This document shows positions 28,079 to 39,125 of a DNA stretch of 52,642 nt, one piece after another (within the stretch, counting starts at the first letter, position 1; each line of letters begins with the position of its first letter). Under the pieces are notes generated by a model. It was given only the letters and a program-made list of their open reading frames with translations. It did not search any database and was not told where the DNA came from. Source of the stretch: an uncultured Clostridia bacterium. GTDB lineage: Bacteria > Bacillota > Clostridia > Christensenellales > UBA1242. The translations under genes were made by a program, and so were the position numbers. The stretch spans positions 1 to 52,642 of the forward strand of contig CALVNK010000001.1 in assembly GCA_944349615.1 (NCBI GenBank), read 5' to 3'.

Positions 28079-29338
28079 TTATTTAGTAATTGTTTTTACT
28101 CTGCCTATATCGGTATTATCACTTTTTCGAGAAGCAAGTGACTTAATAGGGTGTGGTTTATCTTGAACTCTATAATCTTGTCCATAAAGGTTGATGTGAG
28201 AGTCTATTATTTTATGACAAGCATCGTCTTTAGGATTTTTTACTACTCTCTTTTGATATCCAAAGAAATCAGCATTGTCTGGAAGTTTGTTAACTTGAAT
28301 AAAACCTTCTCTATTTGCAGTCATAGTCACAGAGTCTTTGATGACATTACGGATATATTCCTTATTCGACTTGAAAGAGATAAGAGTAGGGAAGTTGCCT
28401 TCAGGAATTACTTCTTGCCATGATTTTTTCTCATATTTTTCAAGGTTTTGCTTTGATGCGTGAAGGTGAGCAATCTCTTGCTCGAGAAGCATTTGCCATA
28501 TATCTTTGATATAGCCTTCGCTCTCATCGCAGTACATTGAATAATAGAGATAACATTCAATATATTCGTGCATCAAGCACATTTCAAACCAACTTGCAGT
28601 CGGGTCGATCAATGAGCCATACTGTGTGACATGTTGTTCTTCTATCATTGCAATTTCGGTATATATTTCTCGTCCTAATTTATTTTTGTAAAATCCGCCA
28701 AGGTTCATATAGTAATTCATGGTCTGTTGTTCGGCTGCAGTGATAATATTTACTGCACACTTATCAAAATGAGTGGCGGTTTTATTATTAATTGGTTTTT
28801 TTACACTATCATAGGGGTGACGATGATGAGCAATCGTTGGTCTTGCCGGCATGATTTCAGTGTAATCACCTACATAATCTTCTGCCTTTAATTTCATATC
28901 CACTTCAAGAAGATTTGCATATCTATAAAGGTGATCAAAATCTTCAAGCAAGGCAAAGTCAAGTGATGCCTTGACATTTTTGTCGGTCACATGTTGCGCC
29001 AAAAATGCTGTCAAATCGACCGCAAGTTGCTCATAGCCTATTGTTGTCTCAAGCAGGTTTTCATCAAGTGGTTTGAGTGATGAGATGAGTTTCTGTTGTT
29101 GCTGCTCATTCCTGCGAACTAATGCAAGCGTTCTTCGCAAATCGTTGTCAAGAGCATGTCTATGGAATTGATGACCAAACCATACCGACTCATATTCGGT
29201 GCCGTTCATAAGTATTTGGCGTACGCGAGTGTATGGACTCGCCTGCAGTTTGTTGTATGGCTTTGCATTTAGTTTTTTAAAATCCATAAGACAACTTTCT
29301 AGACTCTTTGGTTTTTCTTCAAAGGGATTAAATTTCAT
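28079..29338 (-). CDS. ferritin-like di-iron carboxylate protein (function unknown)
   Basis: Paired E...ExxH-type motifs (LEDFDH, MIEEQH, EQEIAH) in predicted helices. Confidence 0.45.
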   Translation of the reverse strand: MKFNPFEEKPKSLESCLMDFKKLNAKPYNKLQASPYTRVRQILMNGTEYESVWFGHQFHRHALDNDLRRTLALVRRNEQQQQKLISSLKPLDENLLETTIGYEQLAVDLTAFLAQHVTDKNVKASLDFALLEDFDHLYRYANLLEVDMKLKAEDYVGDYTEIMPARPTIAHHRHPYDSVKKPINNKTATHFDKCAVNIITAAEQQTMNYYMNLGGFYKNKLGREIYTEIAMIEEQHVTQYGSLIDPTASWFEMCLMHEYIECYLYYSMYCDESEGYIKDIWQMLLEQEIAHLHASKQNLEKYEKKSWQEVIPEGNFPTLISFKSNKEYIRNVIKDSVTMTANREGFIQVNKLPDNADFFGYQKRVVKNPKDDACHKIIDSHINLYGQDYRVQDKPHPIKSLASRKSDNTDIGRVKTITK

Positions 29339-29491
29339 TTTTTTACCTCCATAAAGAAAGTATTTGCAAAATTTAATTAATTTAATCTTTTATTATATAA
29401 TAAAATCAAAAATTTCTTAAATTTACAGAAAAGGCACTCTTGACAAGCAATATATTTATTTGTTATTATTTATTTTGCTAAAGGAGTAAAT

Positions 29492-30760
29492 ATGTTAAAG
29501 AAACTTGCTAAAGGTGAACTTAATGAAATTATAGATATTATTATAAGAGGTACCGATAATTCATTTGAATATGAACAAGGGGATATTACTGATATTTTGA
29601 TAAGTGCACCACATGCTGCTAATCAAACACGAGAAGGTAAAATTAAATATTCCGAACGTTTCACTGGTGTTATAGCTAAAATTTTGCATAAATATTATGG
29701 TTATAGTATTATTTATAAAACGAAAAATTGCGGTGATGATGCAAACTATGATGAAGAGTCTTCTTACAAAGATTTTTTATTTAAAAAATGCAAGGAATTT
29801 AAGCCCTTGATAGTATTAGATTTGCACGGTTTATCAAAAAATCGTGCAGCACAGATAAATATAGGTACAAATTTTGGGAACAGTGTTTTTCAGGACAACG
29901 AAATTATTACCTGTTTAATTAATTGTTTTAAAAAATTCAAAATTATGAATATTGTTATTGATCACCCATTTTCTGCAGGGGCTAGGACAATTACGGGAAG
30001 TGTATCCGAAAAAGTTGGTACTAAGGCTATACAAATCGAGATGAATTATGGATTTTTGTCAATTGGTGAAAAAAACATATTGAAGGTTGTTAATGCTATT
30101 GATGAATTTTGTAATATTTTAAGAAGACAAAGCGCAATAAGAAACAAATTAGTTAACATAGAAAAACTGAAAGAAATAGATGAAATATTTTACAATAGTC
30201 AAGGTGATAGTGATTTTGTATGTATTGATAATGATAGTAATGTGATTTTAAGTGCACCACATGCAAAGGCTGGGGTGGTTAACAAAATGACAAAATTATC
30301 TGAGACTATGAGTGGAAGTCTATGTCAAATCTTACATAATGAATTTAAATTTTCTATCATATATAAATCTCGAGATAATGATTTAGATTATATGAACAGT
30401 GATTCAAATCTTTATAAAGATGCTTTAAGACAAATGCTCAAGAATAAAAAAACTAGGCTTCTTTTAGAATTACATATAATAAATTCTTCGAGAAGTGACG
30501 ACATGCTTTTATTTTTACCTAAAAGATATGATCAGTACATTTTTTATCAAATTATCAATATATTAAACAAACAAGGAATAAAAAAATTTTCTATCAATTC
30601 AGTATTTGATTCTAACAAAAAAGCCAGAGTAACAAATCAATTTAAAGGAAAATATTTCGTTATGCAATTATGTATAAACCAGCGTCTTGTAGAAAATGAT
30701 GAAGGATTAAAAATTGTTTTAAGTACAATACAAAATATTGCATCAATTTTTATATATTAA
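29492..30760 (+). CDS. protein with two tandem N-formylglutamate-amidohydrolase-like domains
   Basis: Internal duplication: ILISAPHAANQTREGK...IVLDLHG (aa 35-112) and VILSAPHAKAGVVNK...LLLELH (aa 251-328). The pattern resembles the FGase/carboxypeptidase-like fold. The second copy looks degenerate. Confidence 0.4.
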   Translation: MLKKLAKGELNEIIDIIIRGTDNSFEYEQGDITDILISAPHAANQTREGKIKYSERFTGVIAKILHKYYGYSIIYKTKNCGDDANYDEESSYKDFLFKKCKEFKPLIVLDLHGLSKNRAAQINIGTNFGNSVFQDNEIITCLINCFKKFKIMNIVIDHPFSAGARTITGSVSEKVGTKAIQIEMNYGFLSIGEKNILKVVNAIDEFCNILRRQSAIRNKLVNIEKLKEIDEIFYNSQGDSDFVCIDNDSNVILSAPHAKAGVVNKMTKLSETMSGSLCQILHNEFKFSIIYKSRDNDLDYMNSDSNLYKDALRQMLKNKKTRLLLELHIINSSRSDDMLLFLPKRYDQYIFYQIINILNKQGIKKFSINSVFDSNKKARVTNQFKGKYFVMQLCINQRLVENDEGLKIVLSTIQNIASIFIY

Positions 30761-30897
30761 TCATGAGATTAAAATGACTAGTATGCAGATAAAAATTATT
30801 GTTATTATTGCTTAATTATTTAATTTTGTGTAAAAATAACTCTTGACTTAAATACTATATTTTGATATTATTTAGATAGAGACTAATTAAAGAAAAA

Positions 30898-32700
30898 ATG
30901 AAAGAAAAAGATTTTAAACAAAAGAATCCGAGTATAGCAATTTATTTAAAAAAGTATAAACTGCAAATTTTTCTTTACATACTTATTTCGCTAATTGCAA
31001 CAGCGTTTGAAGTTTTTATGTCAATATTACTAGCAAACGCTATCGAGCAGATAACACTTTCAGAGTACAATAAAGCAATCACAACATTTCTCATAGTCAT
31101 TGCACTTGAGCTTGCAAGTTTAATTTGTTATTATTTGATTAATTTTATATATTACAAATATTCAAGTAAGATTATGTCAGAATTAAATCTTGATCTTGCA
31201 AAACAGGCATTTAAGTTAAACTCAAAAACATTTAATGATCATGACACCGGCACTTTTGTTCAACGCATTGTTGAAGATCCTGCGCGTATAGTTGACAATC
31301 TTGCATCTGTTGTCGATCAAATTATGACTTTGATAAGCTCTCTTGTAATTCTTATCTATATTACAACCTTAAATCTCTATGTATCAATATGTCTTTTGGG
31401 ACTGTTGATAGTAGGTATGGTTATTGAATATTTTCGCATTAAAACTAGACGCAAAAATAGAGTTGTTGTACGAAAGGAAAATGACAAGATTAATTCACTT
31501 ACAACTGAAATTGTACGAAGTGAAAAGGATATCAAATCTCTTGGACTTGAAGACAAGCTCAGCGATGTTTCTAAAGAAAATTACAATATATACAGAAAAG
31601 CAAGATATAAATTTGATTTCACCGATTTGAATTTCTGGGTCAGTCGTGCAATTTGGATAGAAATTGGCACACTTGCAACTTTGGTACTTGGTATCGTGCT
31701 TATGCAAAAGTGGATGCTTACCATTGCAACCTTTATGATCATTTATTCAAATAGACGAGATTTGACAAACACTGTCTTTGGCTTTGCACGTATGGCAAAC
31801 AGCTTTATCGACATAAAAGTTTCACATAATCGAATGTTCTCGCTCTTTGATGAGTATGAGTTTGTAACCGAAAAGTTTGGAAACAAGCACCTTTCTGATG
31901 TAAGTGGCGATATTGAATTTCAAGATGTTTCTTTTACTTTTAGAGAGTATGAATTTCGGTATGAAACCGTGCGCGAGGGAAGGAAGAAAAGATCAAAGAC
32001 TGTCAAGGTTGAAACAAGTAAGAACAAGATATTTGATAAATTATCTTTCAAAATACCTGCAAATTCAACAGTTGCCTTTGTTGGAAAGAGCGGAAGCGGA
32101 AAGTCGACGATTTTAAATCTTATCTCCAAGATGTATGAAGCGGACGAAGGCAAGGTTCTGATAGGTGGAGAGGATATAAAAGATTTTGATAAGGAGAGTT
32201 TACGTCAAACAATCTCACTTGTAAATCAATTTCCATATATATTCGATATGACTATAAAGGAAAACTTGATTTTGGCAAAAGCAAATGCAAGTGACGATGA
32301 AATTGCTGACGCTCTCAAAAAATCATCACTTGACGAGTTTGTTTATTCGCTTCCAAAAGGCATAGAAACTAAGGTTGGAGAAAGCGGAATTAAACTCTCG
32401 GGTGGACAGAAACAACGCCTTGCGATCGCTAGGGCAATGCTTAGAAAAACAAAGATCACCATCTTTGATGAAAGTACATCATCTCTTGACAATATCGCGC
32501 AGGAGCATGTCAAACGCAGTATTGACCTTATAAAAGGACAAAGCACAATCATCATTGTTGCGCATAGATTATCAACTATTAAGAATGTTGATCACATTTT
32601 CTTTCTGGACGAGGGAAAGATTATCGACGAAGGGACATTTGATCAGTTATTTTCTACCAACGAGAAATTCAAAACTATGTTCCTAGCCGAAAATATTTAG
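30898..32700 (+). CDS. ABC exporter, fused permease/ATPase (MsbA/LmrA type)
   Basis: Six N-terminal TM helices, Walker A GKSGSGKST, signature LSGGQKQR, Walker B ITIFDE. Confidence 0.85.
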   Translation: MKEKDFKQKNPSIAIYLKKYKLQIFLYILISLIATAFEVFMSILLANAIEQITLSEYNKAITTFLIVIALELASLICYYLINFIYYKYSSKIMSELNLDLAKQAFKLNSKTFNDHDTGTFVQRIVEDPARIVDNLASVVDQIMTLISSLVILIYITTLNLYVSICLLGLLIVGMVIEYFRIKTRRKNRVVVRKENDKINSLTTEIVRSEKDIKSLGLEDKLSDVSKENYNIYRKARYKFDFTDLNFWVSRAIWIEIGTLATLVLGIVLMQKWMLTIATFMIIYSNRRDLTNTVFGFARMANSFIDIKVSHNRMFSLFDEYEFVTEKFGNKHLSDVSGDIEFQDVSFTFREYEFRYETVREGRKKRSKTVKVETSKNKIFDKLSFKIPANSTVAFVGKSGSGKSTILNLISKMYEADEGKVLIGGEDIKDFDKESLRQTISLVNQFPYIFDMTIKENLILAKANASDDEIADALKKSSLDEFVYSLPKGIETKVGESGIKLSGGQKQRLAIARAMLRKTKITIFDESTSSLDNIAQEHVKRSIDLIKGQSTIIIVAHRLSTIKNVDHIFFLDEGKIIDEGTFDQLFSTNEKFKTMFLAENI

Positions 32701-32909
32701 AGATATTATGAATAAGCTAGAAGTAATATTTAGAAAAGGCGACAAAATTTAAAAGTAGAAAAAATAAGTAAGTCAAAGAATGCTATTACAAAATAATATT
32801 CTTTACAACAATGATATATTGTTATTTTAAGAAAATACTATTCAAAATTATCTAAATAAATTTTTTAAAAAACTAGTTTTTGATTATAATTAAAAATGTG
32901 AGGCGGAAT

Positions 32910-33446
32910 ATGGAGTTTGTTTATAAACAACTGGATAAAAGTTATTTGGAAAAAATTTTTGAAATTCAAGACGAAGTTTTTCAAGAAGGTTATGATGAAA
33001 ACATATTGAGATACCATACTAAAGAGATTTTACATAATGCGCTTAGCCATGATAATTATTCACTTGGTGCTTTTTATCGTGGAGAGCTCGCAGGTTTTAT
33101 AATGCTTCAATACTATGATGCACTAAAAATGGATAATGAAGATCTTGTGAAAATTAAATCAGCAAGCGTTGGGAATATTAATACAATATATTTAATAATT
33201 GTTAGAAAGCATTTTCGCGGGTTTGGCTTGCAACGCAAACTCTTACATGAAATAGAGAAGATTTTAGATAAAAACTCAGTTATTAATGCAACCGTTTCGC
33301 CCAGCAACAAATATAGTCTTGACAATTTTTTGGCTTGCGGATATAAGATACTTTCTTTAAAAAAGATGTATGGTGGTTATGATAGATTTTTGGTATATAA
33401 AGAGGTGAAAAATGAATTTAAAATTGATAAAGCAATATCTGAATGA
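32910..33446 (+). CDS. GNAT family N-acetyltransferase
   Basis: Acetyl-CoA motif VRKHFRGFGLQRKLL. ATG at 32910 is preceded by GAGGCGG; the track ORF starts at 32880. Confidence 0.7.
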   Translation: MEFVYKQLDKSYLEKIFEIQDEVFQEGYDENILRYHTKEILHNALSHDNYSLGAFYRGELAGFIMLQYYDALKMDNEDLVKIKSASVGNINTIYLIIVRKHFRGFGLQRKLLHEIEKILDKNSVINATVSPSNKYSLDNFLACGYKILSLKKMYGGYDRFLVYKEVKNEFKIDKAISE

Positions 33447-34593
33447 AAACAGAATTGATTTATGGCTTATATATTCATTTAAAAGTAGCAATCCTATCAT
33501 CAAGTATTTTATAAAAGACCAATTTTTGACTAGAAAAGTTTTTATTTTTGTTTATCCAAATAAAAATGGAGTTATTTTATGTCATGAACTTGACAAACTA
33601 GAGATAGATAAAAAAGTTGACTTTCAAGTTGTTGTATATAAAAATTTACAGCAAATGAAGGATATAATAAAAAACTTACTTTCAAACTGTCAAAATGTGA
33701 TTATGGAGATAAGTGAAGATGGCATGCTTGCAGGTTGTAATTATTTGGATTATGGCACAGGCAAAATGATTGAAAACATGGGCAAAAATATACTTTCTTC
33801 TGCCGACATAATACAGCGGTTATCGTCAACTATAGACGATCAATCATTAATCTTACATAAAAAAGCAAGTGAAGAAATAGATAAGATAAAGAATAAAGCA
33901 ATACAATTTATCTTTGAAAAAGTTCAAAACGATCAGATTGTAACAGAATATATGGTGCAACAATTTATCTTACAGGAATTTGAAAAGGCAAATCTTATTA
34001 CAGATGACCCTCCAATTGTGGCAGTAGGCGAAAACACTAAAAATCCTCATTATCAGCCGAGTGTCAACTCGTCTGCAACAATAGGCAAAAACCAACTTGT
34101 CATGATTGATCTTTGGGCAAAGTTAAAAGAGGAGAAGGCAGTCTTTGCTGATATAACATGGATGGCATTTACTGGCTATGATCTTCCAATGCGCTATAAA
34201 GAAGTGTTCGATATTATAAAACTTGCCATTGATAAGACTTTAGATTTTATTTCTTCTCACTTACCGAAAGAGAGGATGGAGGGCTGGCAGATTGATGAAT
34301 TTTGCAGGAATATTATTAAAAGTTATGGCTATCAAGATTTTTTCATTCACCGCACAGGACATAGTTTGTCGTTAGGCGAACATGATCATGGCAATGGCGT
34401 AAATATTGATAACTATGAAAGTAAAGACACAAGATCGCTTCTAAATAATATTGCCTTTTCAATCGAGCCAGGTATTTATTTAAATGATTTTGGCATAAGA
34501 GAAGAAATTAATGTATTTATCTCTAACTATCAGCCAGTTGTTACAACTTCTAGGCAATCACATATACTTACTTTTAAAGATTTTAAAATTTAA
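33412..34593 (+). CDS. M24 family metallopeptidase (Xaa-Pro aminopeptidase-like)
   Basis: Metal-ligand contexts DLWA..D, HRTGHSLS, SIEPG, EE. Creatinase-like N-terminal domain. Confidence 0.75.
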   Translation: MNLKLIKQYLNENRIDLWLIYSFKSSNPIIKYFIKDQFLTRKVFIFVYPNKNGVILCHELDKLEIDKKVDFQVVVYKNLQQMKDIIKNLLSNCQNVIMEISEDGMLAGCNYLDYGTGKMIENMGKNILSSADIIQRLSSTIDDQSLILHKKASEEIDKIKNKAIQFIFEKVQNDQIVTEYMVQQFILQEFEKANLITDDPPIVAVGENTKNPHYQPSVNSSATIGKNQLVMIDLWAKLKEEKAVFADITWMAFTGYDLPMRYKEVFDIIKLAIDKTLDFISSHLPKERMEGWQIDEFCRNIIKSYGYQDFFIHRTGHSLSLGEHDHGNGVNIDNYESKDTRSLLNNIAFSIEPGIYLNDFGIREEINVFISNYQPVVTTSRQSHILTFKDFKI

Positions 34594-34736
34594 TTGATTT
34601 TTTTGTAAATATATTGCGAAAACATTCTAAAGACCTAAATAAAAATTTTATTATTGAAACTAAATTTATATTTTATTTGAAAAATTGGCTCTCTTGTGAT
34701 AGAATAAACAAGAGAGTTTTAAAACTTGGAGTTATT

Positions 34737-36014
34737 ATGAAAAGAATACTGATTTTAACCGTCACTGCTGGAAATGGGCATAACGCCTGCGCAAAGGCAA
34801 TGAAGGAAAAACTTGAAAGTGAATATGGACAGGTCGAAGTTAAGATTATTGATCTGCTTAAAACATACTCATCAGCAATCAAGATATGGGTGGCTGATAA
34901 GGGATATAGTATTGCTATAGGCAAATTTCGACACCTTTACAATATGTTCTATGAATACTATCTTTCGCGTAAGCCATCGCAAAGATATAGATGTGCAGCC
35001 CAAGGGGTTGCCATGAGTTTGGTGGAAGGACTGTATCGTGAAATAAACGAATTTAAGCCTGATGTAATCTATTCTACGCATTTCTATGGGGGGATCGCTA
35101 TAAGCAACTTAAGACTCGTCTATGATATACCTTGTAAGGTGATAGTTGCTAATCTTGACTATGTCAATTCGCCATTTTGGGAAGCAAGTATTGGTATTGA
35201 TTATTTTATCATTCCTAATGACGATTTTATTAAGCCATCACTCAAAATTGGATACAAGGAAAGTCAATTGAAAAGCTTTGGCCTTCCTGTAAACGAGAAA
35301 TTTTATAAGGAAATTGATAAAAGCACAGCAAGACAAGAACTTGGACTTGATAAAGATATCTTCACCATTATGATCATGTATGGTGGTGGAAGATGGGGCG
35401 GCGGCTTCAATATATTCAAGGATGTACTTTCTTGCTTTAAAGATAGAAAAGTGCAGATTATAATGATCAATGGTCACAACGAAAAGGACTATGAAAGAAT
35501 AGGCAAGATGAAATTTAAGCCAAACATCAAAGTACTCAATGTTGGCTTTACAAATCAAGTTGATCTTTATATGTCCGCAAGTGATATAATCATCAATAAA
35601 CTTGGCGGAACAAGTGCAACTGAAATGATAAATAAAAGGTTGCCTGCTATTGTTACGCCTGTTGTATCTGGACAGGAAAAGCACAACTTAAAATATCTTA
35701 TGAAGAAGGGTGCTGTTAAGACATTTAAAGATAAAAAGGAACTTAAAAAAGTCATCTTTGATCTTATGGACAATCCTAAGCACTATCAAGAAATGGTCGA
35801 GAATATTGAAAAATTAAGAGTAAATGGTATTGATAGGCTTGCAAAGTTTATTATGGATCAGCCTACTGCCATGTATGACCAGGAAAAGATCGATAAAATT
35901 GATTACAATCAGGTCACCAAAAATGTAATCAAAGCGAAACGCAAAGCACATAGGAGTGAACAGATAAATTACAAAAAGGAGCTCAAGCATGAGAAATATT
36001 GCAATTGTGGTTGA
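34737..36014 (+). CDS. MGDG-synthase/UgtP-type diacylglycerol glycosyltransferase
   Basis: ILILTVTAGNGHNACAKAM N-terminus and GT-B C-terminal half (KLGGTSATEM). Start chosen at ATG 34737 (GGAG 6 nt upstream), not the track start at 34614. Confidence 0.7.
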   Translation: MKRILILTVTAGNGHNACAKAMKEKLESEYGQVEVKIIDLLKTYSSAIKIWVADKGYSIAIGKFRHLYNMFYEYYLSRKPSQRYRCAAQGVAMSLVEGLYREINEFKPDVIYSTHFYGGIAISNLRLVYDIPCKVIVANLDYVNSPFWEASIGIDYFIIPNDDFIKPSLKIGYKESQLKSFGLPVNEKFYKEIDKSTARQELGLDKDIFTIMIMYGGGRWGGGFNIFKDVLSCFKDRKVQIIMINGHNEKDYERIGKMKFKPNIKVLNVGFTNQVDLYMSASDIIINKLGGTSATEMINKRLPAIVTPVVSGQEKHNLKYLMKKGAVKTFKDKKELKKVIFDLMDNPKHYQEMVENIEKLRVNGIDRLAKFIMDQPTAMYDQEKIDKIDYNQVTKNVIKAKRKAHRSEQINYKKELKHEKYCNCG

Positions 36015-36855
36015 TACAAATTCAGGAATTAAACATGGAGAATTTGAAGATGTCTATGTTGTACCAATGCCATTCATGATAGACGGCGAAGAGTATTTCG
36101 AAGATGTAAATCTTACGCAAGAGGAGTTTTATAAAAAACTAGAAGAAGATGCTCAAATTTCTACCTCACAACCATCTATTGCTCAAGTTGTGGAGTTATG
36201 GGAAAAATTACTAAAAAAATATCAACAAATAATACATATTCCAATGTCAAGTGCCTTAAGTCAAACTTGTGAGACGGCCAAAAATTTTGCAAGAGATTAT
36301 AAAGGCAAAATTCTTGTTGTAGACAACAAGAGAATAAGCGTTACCTTAAAACAGTCTGCTTTGGATGCTTTGAAAATGATTGATCAGGGCAAAACAGGAG
36401 AGGAAATTTTAGATTATCTTGAAAAAACAAAGTTTGATTCTAGCATTTATATTATGGTCAGCACTCTAAAGTATTTGAAAAAAGGTGGCAGGGTGACGCC
36501 TGCGGCTGCTGCAATTGGTACACTTTTAAAAATTAAACCAGTACTTCAAATACAGGGTGGAAAACTTGATTCTTTCGCAAAGGTGATGAACGAAAAAGTT
36601 GGGCGAACTAAGATGATTGAAGCTGTGAAAAAAGATATTGAAACGCGTTTTAAAGATTATCGAGATAGAAAAGAATTACAACTTGCAGTTGCCTACACCA
36701 ATTGTAAAGAAAAAGCCGAAGATTTTGCAAATCAAATTAGATCTGAAATTCCTGATATAGATCTTGAATATGTTGAACCATTATCGCTCAGCATTTCATG
36801 TCATATTGGATCGGGGGCTCTTGCAATGGCGGTTTCAAGGATTGTGAAAAAATAA
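35989..36855 (+). CDS. DegV family fatty-acid-binding protein
   Basis: IAIVVDTNSGI, STSQPS and LKYLKKGGRV motifs. Confidence 0.85.
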   Translation: MRNIAIVVDTNSGIKHGEFEDVYVVPMPFMIDGEEYFEDVNLTQEEFYKKLEEDAQISTSQPSIAQVVELWEKLLKKYQQIIHIPMSSALSQTCETAKNFARDYKGKILVVDNKRISVTLKQSALDALKMIDQGKTGEEILDYLEKTKFDSSIYIMVSTLKYLKKGGRVTPAAAAIGTLLKIKPVLQIQGGKLDSFAKVMNEKVGRTKMIEAVKKDIETRFKDYRDRKELQLAVAYTNCKEKAEDFANQIRSEIPDIDLEYVEPLSLSISCHIGSGALAMAVSRIVKK

Positions 36856-36886
36856 TGATATGTTACAATAAATCAAGACAAAAAAT

Positions 36887-36912
36887 AATCCGGAGATTTG
36901 CTCCGGATTTTT
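36887..36912. terminator. bidirectional terminator between DegV and YitT genes
   Basis: AATCCGGAG-ATTTG-CTCCGGATT with flanking A- and T-runs. Confidence 0.7.
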
Positions 36913-36928
36913 AGTGTAATGTGAATTT

Positions 36929-38062
36929 TTATATATGATTTTTATTTTTTCTAAAATTTTTTTTCTTTTTGTTCGTAGATTTAATATATTTAGTCTTAGG
37001 CAAATATCTTTTGGTGTTTTTCTTTTGACTATATTCATCACTTTGAATTTTATCAAATCTTTTTAATTTTAAACTTTTTGCAAGCCTTTTCTTGTTTTTA
37101 AAGCTAGTACGCCTATATTTTTGACAATCTTTTAATTTAGAGATTGAACTTTTTACTTTTGTCTTAAATGGGGATTTTTTGTCAACAATATATCCTTCTC
37201 CAATTGTCTCCATAGCTATAGATGAAAACATAAAAGCGTCTTTATCAATCTCGACAATTGCCTTTTTAAATTGTGCAAGTTTACTATGTGGAATTAAAGT
37301 AATAAGAATTGATTTATTTTTCTTGGAAAATTCTCCAACGGCATTGATTTTTGTTACACCACGATGAAAATTATTTAAAATAAGCTGTGATATTTCCTCA
37401 TCCTTATCGGTGACAATATACATAAAGACAATTCGTTTTGAACCATCAAGGATGAGATTAGTAGTTAATGAAGAGATTACTGTAATTACAAGTGCATAAA
37501 GACAAGTTGATATTCCTGCAGATATGGCGGTTAAAATAATTATAAATATATTGAACACCATAAGACAATATCCAGTTTTGAGCTTAGGAAAAAATTTGTT
37601 CAATATTGTTCCGCTTACTTCACTTCCTCCAGTCGATCCACCAAATCTAAAGGCAACGCCAATTGACAATCCGTAAATCATTGCGCCGACAATCGCGTAC
37701 AAAAGTTTATCATTGTTTCCGCCTTGCAGTAAATAAGAGAAATCTCCAAATTGCATGCTTAGGCTATATGTTACTGTACCTATGATTGACAAGACCAAAA
37801 ATTTCCAGCCGAACAATTTTAGGGCAACAGAAAAAATTATCACATTAATCACTGTATAAACAATTGATGTTGGAATATTAATAGAAGCGTTTGCAAAAAG
37901 ATTGTGTATGATAAGCGAAAGACCGGATATACCGGTAGGAATTATCCCATTACTTTCAAAAAAGGTATTGAAGGTAATTCCTCCAACGATACCAGCCATT
38001 GCCACCATTAAAACTTGCAATGTAAATTTTTTTATTACTTTTGCTTTTATCTTAGTTAACAT
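36929..38062 (-). CDS. YitT family membrane protein (DUF2179 C-terminal domain) with a K-rich tail
   Basis: Five to six TM helices, then LITLIPHSKLAQFKKAIVEIDKDAFMF, typical of YitT/DUF2179. Confidence 0.75.
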   Translation of the reverse strand: MLTKIKAKVIKKFTLQVLMVAMAGIVGGITFNTFFESNGIIPTGISGLSLIIHNLFANASINIPTSIVYTVINVIIFSVALKLFGWKFLVLSIIGTVTYSLSMQFGDFSYLLQGGNNDKLLYAIVGAMIYGLSIGVAFRFGGSTGGSEVSGTILNKFFPKLKTGYCLMVFNIFIIILTAISAGISTCLYALVITVISSLTTNLILDGSKRIVFMYIVTDKDEEISQLILNNFHRGVTKINAVGEFSKKNKSILITLIPHSKLAQFKKAIVEIDKDAFMFSSIAMETIGEGYIVDKKSPFKTKVKSSISKLKDCQKYRRTSFKNKKRLAKSLKLKRFDKIQSDEYSQKKNTKRYLPKTKYIKSTNKKKKNFRKNKNHI

Positions 38063-38189
38063 AATAACAATATAACAAATATGATATTTTTTTTCAATAA
38101 ATTTGACTTTTTTATCTAAATTTTTGGAATTTTGTCAATCTTTTAAATAATCTTGACTTAAAAATTTTTTTGTTGTATACATTTACTAT

Positions 38190-39125
38190 ATGGAAAAATG
38201 TTTATTGATATATAACGCTTATAGTGGACGTGGGAAGATTGCAAAAAAAGAGAAAAAAATTATAAAGCTGTTAAGTCAAAAATTTCAAACGACAGTATGT
38301 AAAACTGAATATGCTGGTCATTTAGGAGAAATAGTCTCTCAGTATGGACATGAAAATAATATTATTGTTGTTGGCGGTGGTGATGGGACGATTAATGAAG
38401 CGGTCAACGCAATTGCAAAGCTTGGTGAAAGAAAGAAATTAGGAATTATACCGAGTGGGACCGTAAATGATGTTGCGCATTCTTTGAAAATTCCTATAAA
38501 TGTAATTAAGGCAACGAAAAATATTATAAAAGGTCAAACTTTTGCCCATGACATTTTTAAGATGAATGATAGATTTGGGATATATGTTTGCTGTGCTGGG
38601 TTATTCACTGAGTCAAGTTATGCAACAAGTCAGTCACAGAAGAAAAAACTCGGTGCGCTTGCATATGCTTTGCATGGTGTAAAAAAAGTGTTTTCTACAA
38701 AAGCAGTAAATCTTAAACTTACCTACGAGAATGGAGAGATAGAGGGAAAATTTGCTTTGATGCTGCTTATAAATTCACGGCGAGTTGCAGGCTTTAAATT
38801 GAATAAAAAAGCAATATTAAATGATGGATTTATTGATGTAGTATTAGTGAAAAGTGAGAATGATATTGTTAAATTTGGTGCAATAAAGAGAGTGGCTTTT
38901 CTTTTTTTAAGAGGGATTAGCAAAGGCAAAATCAAAGGAGTGACAATCTTAAAATTGAGTAATTTCAAGGTTGAAACTTGTGACGAGGTTGTTATTAATC
39001 TTGATGGAGAAAAAATTGGAGCAGGAAGCTTTGAGTTTTCGGTTGTAAAAGAAGGCATAGATATCATAGTGCCAAGTATAACAAAACTTAGGAAAAACAT
39101 GATTCCAAAGACGAGCATAAAATAA
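38190..39125 (+). CDS. diacylglycerol/lipid kinase (DagK/YegS family)
   Basis: GGGDGTINEAVNA and GIIPSGTVND motifs. Confidence 0.8.
   Translation: MEKCLLIYNAYSGRGKIAKKEKKIIKLLSQKFQTTVCKTEYAGHLGEIVSQYGHENNIIVVGGGDGTINEAVNAIAKLGERKKLGIIPSGTVNDVAHSLKIPINVIKATKNIIKGQTFAHDIFKMNDRFGIYVCCAGLFTESSYATSQSQKKKLGALAYALHGVKKVFSTKAVNLKLTYENGEIEGKFALMLLINSRRVAGFKLNKKAILNDGFIDVVLVKSENDIVKFGAIKRVAFLFLRGISKGKIKGVTILKLSNFKVETCDEVVINLDGEKIGAGSFEFSVVKEGIDIIVPSITKLRKNMIPKTSIK

Noticed and set aside
34614-34736. N-terminal extension of the glycosyltransferase ORF (track start at 34614).
   Set aside because: The extension lacks an SD and precedes the conserved GT N-terminus MKRILILT..GNGH, which has its own GGAG.
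36835-37056. 73-aa minus-strand ORF overlapping the YitT 3' end and the DegV terminator.
   Set aside because: It overlaps a well-supported gene in another frame and spans a terminator hairpin.
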